From Piromyces finnis finn (Eukaryota; Fungi; Neocallimastigomycota): a stretch of DNA of 64,000 bases. A model generated the notes under the pieces. The model saw nothing but the letters and a program-made list of their open reading frames with translations, had not been told where the DNA came from and did no database searches. Positions 39,426 through 51,373 of this stretch are shown piece after piece. The DNA lies in NCBI GenBank assembly GCA_002104945.1, contig MCFH01000030.1:248001-312000 (forward strand), written 5' to 3'. Both the position numbers and the translations under genes were made by a program. Each line of letters starts with the position of its first letter. Positions within the stretch are counted from its first letter, which is position 1.

Positions 39426-40139
39426 TCTAATTTCATCAGTGTTAAGATCCTTATCGGAGATATTACATATTACAATTTTCAATATATATCATAATTGATA
39501 AATACTAATTTTCATAATTGTGTTCTCATATCCTTTCTTTAGATAATGGATGTAGAGATCTTTATAAAATTTTGCTTTATTATAGAATTAATATGGAATG
39601 CTAGGAAATATTCTTTTTGTTACATAAATTTTAAAATTATCCTGATAAATAATCTAAGCTTAAGGAACTTATTTATTCAAATTTCATATATTATATTCTT
39701 AATGTTAATACTACTATATCATATCTTCTTGAGAATAGAAGTTTTGTTACTATTGATATTATGTCTATATTCAAGGAATATTAAATTTACTGAAAGCTTT
39801 TTGTAGTTTACTATTGACGATTTGTTTTAAGCTACAAAGTTATCAAATCAATATAGTGATATAGGTATTGTTCCTTGGGGGTTTAAGCTATTTATTTATA
39901 TTTAATTTGATTTGTATATTTTCTGAGTTTATTGAATTCAAAATAATTTAAATTTTAATAATTTACTAGTTTTTCGGAAATTTAATGTTTGAATTCTATC
40001 ATTGTAGATTAACTTATATCATATTAGAAAATATACTACTTTCTATGTTTTATTTATCAGATTGATTATTTCCTTATTTTCTATATTAAGTTACTTCGAA
40101 TCTTTTATTTATGGCGAAAATAATATTTCAATCTTAAAA

Positions 40140-40279
40140 TTTTGAAATCTCAAATTTTAGATCTCAAGATAATTTTATCAAACATAGAAAATTTCAGATT
40201 AAATAATTTAGTTCTGATAGTTAGAATTTCCTACAGTTTTCTCCTATGACAAAATGTCATATCCGGCGGTTTGATTCAT
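40140..40279 (-). pseudogene. Copia gag N-terminal remnant
   Basis: ATG 49 nt past the PBS gives MNQTAGYDILS*EKTVGNSNYQN*II*SEIFYV**NYLEI*, resembling the copia gag N-terminal KLxGxNYxxW pattern. Confidence 0.5.
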
Positions 40280-40327
40280 CTTTCAGAGAATCATTTGAGA
40301 ATTAATGAGATTCTCTCTTGAGAGTCT

Positions 40328-40341
40328 TGAGACTCTTAATC
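40328..40341 (-). promoter_or_regulatory. Primer-binding site GATTAAGAGTCTCA, complementary to the tRNA-Lys(CUU) anticodon arm
   Basis: Directly abuts the 5' LTR. The plus-strand read TGAGACTCTTAATC contains the conserved eukaryotic tRNA-Lys(CTT) anticodon-arm core GACTCTTAATC (from memory). Confidence 0.8.
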
Positions 40342-40558
40342 TATTAAGAGTTGTTTAATTTAGGTTTATAATTATGTCAACTTTATTAATATATTTTATG
40401 ATAAAGAACTACTTGCGTTACATTCTTCTCAAACTACATGTATTTATACATTTACATTGTGGCTTAAACATATAATCAAATACAATATATACAAATACGT
40501 TTTAATACATTTCAATACATTTGAATACATGTGACATAACGTTTCACATATTCTAACA
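40342..40558 (-). repeat. 5' LTR (217 bp)
   Basis: Direct repeat of 35958-36174. Confidence 0.95.
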
Positions 40559-41792
40559 TTTATAAATTATTTTATTAAATTAAAATAAGAATTAATATAA
40601 GAATTAATATAAATTTAAGTTAACTATTTGGTTACACGAATAGAAATATTTAAGCATATTTATTAAAAAAATTCCGTGTCTCATAACAATTAATTAATTT
40701 TTTATAAAGAAATTTATAATGAGTGATAAGTAAAAAAATAATAGAATTTTTTATATTTTTATATATAACAGAAATATAAAGGTACAAAAGGATTATAGTC
40801 AGTTTATTTGTTTATTTATATTTCCTCATTTTATATAATATAAATTATTATCAATTCGAGTTTTTTCTTTTATGAACTAATAAATTAATATCTTTTAAAT
40901 TTATTTTTATTAATAATATTAAATGATTTAAATAAAATATTAAAGATTAATTTAATTATTATTATTTAAAATACAGAATAACACTTTTTAATTTTTAATT
41001 TTGTTTTCAAAATAATAAAAATTTTAAATTTTATAGCTTATTTAAACAAATATGAAAGGAAAGGATATTTAACAATAATAAGTTTTTGATTAAAAAAATT
41101 ATAAATTTTAATTAATAATAATTATTAATAATTAAAAAATACCAAATTTAATATAAATTAAATAATATTAATTTTATTAAAATACATATGAATTTTAAAA
41201 CTTATACTTGTGAATATTATTAATAATTCAAAATATTATTTTTTTATTTTTCCTTTTTTTTTTCCTGAATTTTAAATTATAATTATAATATTAAGTTTTT
41301 TTTAACAAATCATTTTTTAATTTAACACACTATAATTAAATTTGTTTCAAAAAAAATTAATATTATAAAAATAATAATAAAAATAAAGGATCAATACTAT
41401 AATTTTAAATAATATTTTTAATACCAAAAACATCGGAATATTAAATTTATACCTACTAAAAATGTAAAAATTGACTTTTTTTTTAATTTAATGATGGGAT
41501 ATTAATTTATAATATTAATTAAATTAATATATTTTTATTAATATTTCTAATATAATTAATATTATAATAAGTAATAAAAAAAACATATATAAAGTTCTTA
41601 TTTTCATTTTTTTTATTGTTATTATTTTATAATATCAATAGTTAGAAAAAAATAAAGAAAAAAAAACAAATATATTTGTTTTTTTTTAAAAAAAAATTGT
41701 AAATAAAATTAAAAAAAAATATTGTAAATAACTTGTATATATTATTTTATAAATAATAATAATTTTACTTTTTATATAATAATTATAAAAAA

Positions 41793-43445
41793 ATGCAAAG
41801 CATTATAGCATTCTCTGAATTAAGATCTTTCATCTATAGTCAAAAGTATGATACTTATCAAACTATAATTGAAAGCTTTATAAGAAATGACTACTTTCCA
41901 TGGGTTTGCTTAATTCTTTTGTTCAATAGAAAAAATTGGAAAAGACCAATTACCATTATTTTAATTGTTCATTGGTTTTTAAGATCCATTGGTGATAGTT
42001 TAAACAATCTCCTTCCATTAAGACCATGGGTTCCAAATACCTACTGGCCATATACTAATGAAAATTGGTTTATTTGTTGTGCATTAGCCAATGTATTTTG
42101 GTTATCTGGTGAAATTGTTGGTGATTGGTATGCTCTTTTAAGAACAAAAGCAGTTACAAATAATAATAAAAAAGTAAGACTTGTTTATGTTACTGTTATC
42201 ATCTACAACTTAGTCAAATGCCTAAATATGTACTGCAATTTCATGGATTTACCTTTTGACTTAAGATTACAAGATGAAGAAGGAAATCTTGTTAAAGATA
42301 TTGCTAGATTTAAAATTCATTGGTGGTCAATTGTTAGTATTATGCAAGTTGCAAGTTTTTTATATGATTTATCAGTCATATTTGCTTTAAAAAAGTGTCT
42401 TTTCAACAAACTAGAACAATATCAAGGTTTCAGTGGAAACACTTTCTTAAATAAATTTAAACAAGTTTCAGAATTCCGTATTATTATCTCAATGATTGCT
42501 TCTATTGCATTTTTACCATTTGTTGGTCTTTTCCTTTATTATGTTATTCATGAATACCATAGTGACAGTGCTGTTAGTTACATTCCTTCTGATGAAACCG
42601 TTGATTATCTCCGTCGTGTGGTTCTTAATTTCAATTACACCTTAATGTATATTGATCAAATATTATTAAAAAGTATCTCTGAATCAAAGTCTCAACCAAA
42701 AGTTTCATATGGTGCTAACTCATCAAACAACAGTTCTTATCATAATATTAATATTAATCAAAATGATTATCGTAAAAATTCAAATTCTAATATATCACCC
42801 CAAAGTATTATTTCTAGTAATAATGCTAGCATATCTGTTCCACAAAAAGTAATTAACAATGAAGTTATTAATACTTTTAATAATAATTATAAAGCCAAAA
42901 ATAGTAACGAAGATTTATCTGGAATGTATTTTAATAATGATAATAATAATAATAAGCTTAATTACTGTCAAGAATATAAAATTAATATGACTTATTCAAA
43001 CAATTTATACTCTAGTACAAATATTAATAATTATAAGTTCCAAAATAATAATATGTATGATATGAATGATAATCAAACTTTTGTTAATGCTGATGATAGC
43101 TACAACCATAAAAAGGTCTTTTATAATGATAATAATATCAATAACAAGCCAAGTAATGCATATTATATAAAATTAAAGAATTCAGAAAATTTAGTAAACA
43201 AAAATAATTACAATAAAGAAGCATCATTATCATCACCTTCTTCATATGAAACATTATATAATGATTCAAATTCTTCCATTAATATTAATGATGATATTAA
43301 TTATATTATGCCTCCTATTAACAATAATATCATTGTTAAAGATAATGGAAACAATAATGATAAATTATTATTTAAAAAAAGAAATGAGAAGTGTGATTCT
43401 ATTTATGATTTATACTCTCAACAATCTCAACAAAAGCAATATTAA
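41793..43445 (+). CDS. Intronless orphan multi-pass (about 7 TM) membrane protein with Asn-rich cytoplasmic tail; GPCR-like topology
   Basis: 550 aa; hydrophobic segments near aa 30-45, 52-70, 92-116, 130-150, 175-199, 230-252 and 277-293; low-complexity N/S/Y-rich C-terminal ~250 aa. Confidence 0.8.
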   Translation: MQSIIAFSELRSFIYSQKYDTYQTIIESFIRNDYFPWVCLILLFNRKNWKRPITIILIVHWFLRSIGDSLNNLLPLRPWVPNTYWPYTNENWFICCALANVFWLSGEIVGDWYALLRTKAVTNNNKKVRLVYVTVIIYNLVKCLNMYCNFMDLPFDLRLQDEEGNLVKDIARFKIHWWSIVSIMQVASFLYDLSVIFALKKCLFNKLEQYQGFSGNTFLNKFKQVSEFRIIISMIASIAFLPFVGLFLYYVIHEYHSDSAVSYIPSDETVDYLRRVVLNFNYTLMYIDQILLKSISESKSQPKVSYGANSSNNSSYHNININQNDYRKNSNSNISPQSIISSNNASISVPQKVINNEVINTFNNNYKAKNSNEDLSGMYFNNDNNNNKLNYCQEYKINMTYSNNLYSSTNINNYKFQNNNMYDMNDNQTFVNADDSYNHKKVFYNDNNINNKPSNAYYIKLKNSENLVNKNNYNKEASLSSPSSYETLYNDSNSSININDDINYIMPPINNNIIVKDNGNNNDKLLFKKRNEKCDSIYDLYSQQSQQKQY

Positions 43446-44647
43446 ATGTTTTTTTGTGATATAAAAAAATGAAAGTATAATTCTATTAATTAAATTATAC
43501 TCTTAATAATTTAAACAAAAGTATTATTATATACTTTAATTTTATAGAGAATAACACTTTAGTGTTATTTATAAAAATAAAATTTATAGATTATAGACTT
43601 TTTTATTTTTCTATTAAAAAATATTTTTATACTTATATAATATTATAATAATTATATTTAAAAGTATTATAATAGAAATAATAAAAATAAACAAATTACA
43701 ATATTCACTTCTAATATATATATACAACTAAAAACATAAATACTATATTTTTTTTATGTGTTATAAGATTATATACTTTTCATTAGCTTTTTTTTAGTTT
43801 AAAAAAAAAATAATCTTGCATTGTTTTAATAACATTAAATAAATAATAAGAATTATAATTGATATTTTAATACAATTATGTTTTGTATTACTAAAATTTA
43901 TTACAATAAGATTATCAGATACTAAGTATAAAAGAAATTATATTCAATTTATTCTCTTTTTTTTTCATTTATTTCAATCTTAATCTAAATCGTATTTTAT
44001 CTTTTCCTAAATAAAAAAATTCTAAAAGGTTAGATTATTCAACAACATAATATAAAAATATTAAATAAAACTGTATATATTTTAGTTTTATTTTTTAATT
44101 TTATATTATATTTTGTAATAATGAAAAGAGTAATATTAATTATAATGTGAATTAAATACTTAATAATAATAATAATAATAATAATATATCACTTTCAATG
44201 GAAAAAGTAATAAATATAATATTTTTTATGATTTCTCTAAAAATAGATTTTAAATAATAATAAAATTTATAAGGTTATGAATAAAATATTATGATGTATA
44301 CTGAGATTATTCCTTTTTTGGAGATCAATAAACTTTAATTCATATTTTTATTTATGTTAATATTTCCAGATTTTCTTCCTTTATTATTAATATAAATCAT
44401 TTAAGATTATAAAGGAAAATTTATGAATAAAATAATATTTAAAGCAACTTATATTTTAAAATTAAAAAATAGATAAAGTAAATAATTATATAATTTTTTC
44501 TCTTCTATTTATCAAAAAAAAAAAAAAAAAAAATTAAAATTATAAAAATAAGAAAGAAATTCAAATCTCTTATTAAAATATAATGAAAATTCTTGAAAAA
44601 ATTAATATAAATTAATTATAATAATATTAAAAAATAAATTAAAATAA

Positions 44648-47600
44648 ATGATAATCAAAGTACTTTTTACATTATTTTTTTTTATAGTAAACATAAATTC
44701 TGAAATTATAAATAATGAGTCAAGTTTAATCAACTTTATTTCGAATGATAAAAATGAAGCAGAAATTAATTTTGATAAAATAATAGATATTTCTAAAAAT
44801 ATAGATATTACTAAATCATTTCAAAAATTATCAATTATTGGAAATTCTATGGAAAATTCTGGTATTAATTTTAAAGCAAAATATCATGGAATAAATTTTG
44901 GTGAAAATGTTAAAGAAATTGAGTTAAAAAATTTGACCATAAACGGATATATTAGGTTTTATAATATAAAAAAAATAACAATTCATAATGCTATAGTTCA
45001 TGGAAATATAGATTCTGATTTCATTGAAAATGATTTTGTAAAAATTTCCAATTTGTCTTATTTACCAACAGCTTATGCAACTGCAAATTGTATTAATTTA
45101 AGTGGAAATGTAGAAATAAGTTATTCTAATTTAAAAGGAAGTTCATCATGCAGAAATAGACTATTAATGTATAATGGAAATAACAAATTTCATATTAAAA
45201 TAAATAATACATCTCTAAGTGGAGAATACAAATGTTCATGTCTTTATATTGATAATGCTATAAATTCTTCAATAGAATATTCAACAATTGAAAAGGGATA
45301 TGGCTCAGAAAATATTAATGGAGGGTATTAATATAAAGAATAATAAATAGAAAACTATTTAAATATGTTTTTAATCTTCAATAAATTTTTAAATTATTTT
45401 TAAATATAAACAATATAAAATAGAGCAGGATTGAATATGGCATATTCTGAAGGTTCAGTAAAACATACCACATTTAAAGACAACTTTTCAATACAAAGTG
45501 GAGGATCAATCTCATTAAGTACTGTATACAACTTTTTGGGGGAATATTTAGAGATATATAATACAACTTCTTTATTAACTGTATCATCAATTTAGAAAAT
45601 ATATATTATCTATATTTTATATATAATTTAATAGACACTAATATTTTTGATTACTTTTTTATTTATTGATAAATGATGCTAATACCAAAAATAATTTTAA
45701 TACATTTTTTCAAAAAAAAGGGAAGTATGGCATATGTAATATCAGATTATAATGTAAATAATTTTATAAGTTTTTCATATGTTAAATTATTTAATGCTGG
45801 TGGCTATAAGGGCATGAAAGGTGGTGGTTTAGTTATATGGTAAATTAAAAGAATATATTATTTAGTAAAAAAATATATAAATGTTGTGAATTTTTATTTA
45901 TAATTGATATTTATTACTAGTGCTGAACAATTTGCTAATGTTGAATTAAAAGATTTTTATGGAGAGAATATAATTAATAATGAATCATCAGGCGGTGCTT
46001 TTATTTTGACTGGTGAAGCAAGCTTAAGTATTAGGTGAATTTAGATATAATATTTCTATCATTAAATAAGTAATGTCCAAATAAACTTATTGTGTTTTTT
46101 ATATTATTTATTTATACTGTATGATAGAAATGTTGAAATTGATAAAATTACCAGTCATTCAATATCAGGGTTATTATTATTTACATATAATGTTGATTTA
46201 GGAAAAAAAGTTGTATTTAATGCCTATAATTTTACTTTAAAAAATTTAAGTGATTTCAGTAGTAGAGCATCAGCTGCTTTACTATGGATGAATGAAAGAA
46301 CTAAAGTTTATATTGAAAAGTAGCTTATATTTTATCTAAATTTTTTAATACTATACTTTTATAAAAATTTAACAATATTTCATATCATCTTTTAGTGGAA
46401 ATGTTCAGAATTTCGAAGGCACATTTGATCAGTTAATAATTAATTGATATTTATAATACTATTAATATAAATTATAAAATATTTTAATATATTATTAATA
46501 CTAACAATATTTAAAAACATAAGTTTAATATATGGTTCAGACTTCTGCAATTTACATATCAATGGATTAATAATAGATAATTTTTATTCAAGAACGGTAG
46601 CAGAGCTAATACACTTTAATTCAATTAATGCTGAAAGTATAAAAAAACTTTTATATAAATATATATTAAGAAATTGTAGTAGAATATTGTTATTGTTCTC
46701 ATAGTAATATTAAAAATTAATATAATTAATTAATTATATTTTTAAGGGATTTTAATTGAAAAAGTTAAATTAAATAAAATTAAATCTCGAGGAGGTAATT
46801 TCTAAAATGACTATTATAAGAAAAAAGTTGTTATCTTAAAAGATCTTAATATAATATATTTTTAATAAATATATTATAAATTTTTAATAGCATTTTTTCA
46901 TTTGGCTCATGGAACAATGAAACTTAATGAAATTGAAGTATATTATTCAAAATTAATTAAATAAAATAATAATATATTTTATTAATCTAACAAAACTCTG
47001 AAATATACTATATTAGATAACAAATTCTCATACATGTGATTATAATAAAGAATGTACAAATAAAAATGATATAGATATCGATATATATGAAAGTGATATA
47101 ATTTCATTAGGAAATGCAAGTGAAGTGACATTAACAAATTCTTATTTCTATAACATTAATGGAAGTAAATATTAAAGTATAATTAAAATTTTATTTTTGA
47201 ACATATAATTAATTTTATTCAAAATAACATCCAACAATAAAGTTAAAGGAATTGTTTCAAATTATGATTCAAAATTTAATTTAAAGAACAATACGTTTAT
47301 TAATTGCAACTTCAAAAACGGTATATATTATGTTGATTATAATAGAAAACTTGGTGGAAGTTATAATGATAAAGACTCGAAGTATATAAATATAAAATCT
47401 GAATATGGATCTATAATAAATATTAAATACATGAAGGAAAGTTCTGAGACCTCATTTGATTTTCGAAATGTATTTTTTGAAAATAATCATGCAAGCAAAT
47501 ATGGTGGAGTTATTTATACTTTGAGCAAATATTCTAAAAGATATATCAATTTAGTAGATTGTAAGTTTAAAAACAATACAGCTTTAAATGGTTATATTGT

Positions 47601-50211
47601 ATATAGTTATAATAAAGATTCAGAGCCAACAATTTCTAATATTAAAGAATTAAGAAAAGAAAAGGGTGCGCTTGCAACTAATCCTACAAAAATTAAATTC
47701 AACAAAAACTCATTATTTGATGTCGCAATTTACTCTGGAGAAAAGCTCCCAAGTGGAATTTCATGTATGTTTTTTTAATTATAAAACTATAATTGCAAAT
47801 TATATTATTATTATTATTATTATTAATAATATTATTAATATTATTATTATTAAAACTAGGCAATATTTTCGATGATTATGATAATCGTATTTAAATAATA
47901 TCAATAATTATAATTATGATTAATAATATTAATAATATTATTAAAACTAAATGTATATAAATTTATTATTTAATTTATTTAATATAGTAATATCTTTTGA
48001 AACAGATATATCGAATATTCAATTTGATGAGTTATTATTTTATAAGTTAGAAATAAATGATACATATAATGCTAGATTGAAAGGACAAACACAATCCTAT
48101 TGTTGGGGAGAATCATGTAATTTCCCTCAAATTAATGGTGTGTAATTATTAATTATTCATTAAAAACTATATTATATATATATAATTTATAATAAAAAGA
48201 AATGATTTATTAATAATATAAAATTTAATATTAATTCAAAATATTTTTACTATATTGTATTAATAGTAATTGGAAATCCAGGAAAATATAAAATAAAACT
48301 AACAATAAATACTTTTGGTAGTTTATAAATATTTAAAAATGAAATAATAAATAAAATAAATTTACATATAATAACATATTTGTTAATGAAATACAGGGAA
48401 ATTTAGTTATTTTGAAAATAATTCCATTGAAAAAGAAATAGAGATTATTGAGTGTAATACTAGTAGTGGTAAATATATATATCAATCAATAGAAAGTTCT
48501 AGATTGAAATCATGGTAAGTAAATATAATAAAAAGAAAACATCTATATAATGTGAATATATTGAATTTACATAATTTATTATAGTTATGAACCATTTTGT
48601 GATCAAGGTTGTAAATCAGGAAAGTGTGTTAATAATAATGTATGTGATTGTGAAGGTACTTTACGTACAGGAAAACACTGCGATGAATATTATAAAATGG
48701 AAAGAAATAAAATCTTGGATAATTTATTTAGAATTATTGGAGTATTAATGATTATTGGCATTATAATAATAATAATTATAACATTAATATTAAAAAAGAA
48801 CCCAAAAATCAAAGGGGGTAAGTTTAATAATAATATGTTAATAATATGTCATAATTTAAATAGATTTCAATATCTAAATAATTTAATAATTAAAATAATT
48901 TGATTAAATAGGAAGTGTTGATTTTTTAATTATTATTTTAATTGGCTCTATAATTAGTGTCATATATATGTTCTATTTAACAATAGAAAGAACAACAACA
49001 AGATGTTTATTTATTTATTTATTTGATAACTTGGTAAATGGATTATATTATATAAATAATTTATTATTATTATTCCTTATACTAATATTATTACATAATA
49101 AATAATATATATAAGGGATTTTCCTTAGTATTTGGATCTATATTAGTTAAAACCTTAAGAATTTACAAAATGTAGTAACATATAATAGAATATTGTTTTG
49201 TTATGTTATATAATAATTTGCTTTTTTTCATTCTTAAATATATATTATTAGATTTCAGGTTACTAAAGGAAGAAATTATGGATTAAAAAGAATCATAATG
49301 TATGAAATTGTTTTTGGAATAGTTTCTTATCATATTGTTGTTTGTGTATTTTGGATCTTAACTAGTAAAACTAATGTTGAATCATTTTTTACTGCTGATT
49401 TTCATTTGTATAAAAAATGTGTATATTCAAAAACAAAAATAATATGGTAATTAATGAATTTAAAAATATATATAAAATTCATTCAAATATTTATTAAAAC
49501 TATATATTACTAACTCTATATTCGTGTACAGTACACTATTGAACTTCTCGATTTTGTTGGTTGGTTGTTTCTTATCATATTCAGTAAGAAATGTACAAAA
49601 GAACTTTAAGGAAGTAAATTTTTTTTTTATTAATTATATATATTAATAAATAAATAAATATACTATAACACTTTTTTTTAATTGTAAATAATATATAGAA
49701 TTTAGTTATACCAGTTTATATTTATGTTTTATTCAGAATTATTACTGAAATGTTTAGTTTACAAGAAGGTATTTCACTGAAAGTTCAAGATTTAATTGGA
49801 TCAATATCCACAATTATCAATATTTCAGTAACTTTATATTATATATTTATAAGTAAATTTTATAATATCTATGAAGAGGCTTATGTTCACAGATTAAGAT
49901 CCACTCCAGGTAGTGCAAATGAATTAAATGCAAATCATATGTATGGAAGCAAAAAAAATCTTATTAATGGATCTAATTTAAATATGTTGAGTAATAATCA
50001 ACTTTATAAATATCATAGTAATAATACTTTAGGAAGTCGAAGTTTAAGTAATAATCAAATTTATAAGCCAATAATTAAAAAAAGCGATAGTAATAGTAGT
50101 TATAATTACATTTTTAATTCGTCTAAATTGGGAATTAATTTGAATGAAAGTAATAATAATCTTTATAAAACTTATAGTAGTTCTGGATTATGTAATAAAA
50201 TATATGATTAA
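44648..50211 (+). CDS. Class C (family 3)-like GPCR with signal peptide, beta-helix/pectin-lyase-like ectodomain and EGF-like module (about 18 exons)
   Basis: Signal peptide MIIKVLFTLFFFIVNINS; repeats such as FKDNFSIQSGGSI and FENNHASKYGGVIY; EGF-like CDQGCKSGKCVNNNVCDCEGTLRTGKHC; 7TM exons including GSVDFLIIILIG and GFSLVFGSILVKTLRIYKI (class C KTxRI motif). Confidence 0.85.
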
Positions 50212-51373
50212 CATGTAAACCATAAAATATATATAACAATAATCACTAATTATCATATATTATATTACTATGCTAATAGTATAAATATCTGTACTATCTT
50301 TTGTAAAATCAATATATGCATATTATATTACAAATACATTTTTAATTATTAGAATATAAAATTTATTTATATGTATATAAATCCATTCATTCATTTATTT
50401 GTTTATTTATATATATTTATTTGTTGTAACAACCACATACACATAAATATATATATATATATATATATATAAAAATTATAATAAATTTTAATTTATAATA
50501 TAATAAAAACATTATAATTTATATTTTAAATTTTTATTATTTTGATTTTCTATTTTCTATATTTTACAATTTTTGTTTTCTATTTACAATTTACATTAAA
50601 ATAGTTATTGTTTATTTATATTTAATGGTAACTTTTATTTTATTAAATTTAAAATTTGTATAAATACTATTAGTTAATAGATTTTGATAAAAAAATTGTT
50701 ATTAATAAAATACTCCAAAATATGAAGATATAAGTAAAAAAATCATATTGAAAATCATTATTCAAATTAGTATTAATATATGGAAAGATAAAATTTAATG
50801 TTTTTTTTTTTATTTTTATTTTATTTTATATTTTTAATACATATTTTATTATATTCAATGAACTATTATAATAAAAAGTGTCACATTTAATATCAAATAA
50901 TTACGTGAAAATTCTTAAAAGTTACTATAAATAAGGTTTAAATATAAATAACCATTGAAAAGCTTAAAATGGAATCAATTGACAACACAATATTAATATA
51001 TATTAAAATAAAATACTTTTTTAAAATTTATATATATTTGAAATTTTATTTATGATGTAATAAATATTACAGTAATTTTTAAATTCTGAATCTTTAATTA
51101 AAAGTACAATTTCAAGAAGATTGTTGCATTTCAACTATCAAAGATAATTTCTTAATTTACATTATTTCAATATTTTATTGCCATTTTATATATATGAAAA
51201 TGTCCATATATTTCATATATGTTTTAACTAAGTTTTAATTTATTTTTATAAACAATAGTATATTCTAGGGAAGTCTTAAACTTCAAAAAAAAAAAAAAAA
51301 GAAAAAGAAAAAGAAAAGAAAAAAAAACATATACATTACAATAAAAAGAAAGTATATTATTTAAAATAAACAT

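Larger units (their letters stand above)
35958..40558 (-). mobile_element. Non-autonomous Ty1/copia-type LTR retroelement, 4601 bp, with 5-bp TSD TTTAT
   Basis: Two 217-bp direct repeats; TTTAT at 35953-35957 and 40559-40563; PPT and PBS at the expected inner edges; gag and RNase H remnants; no intact pol ORF. Confidence 0.95.
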
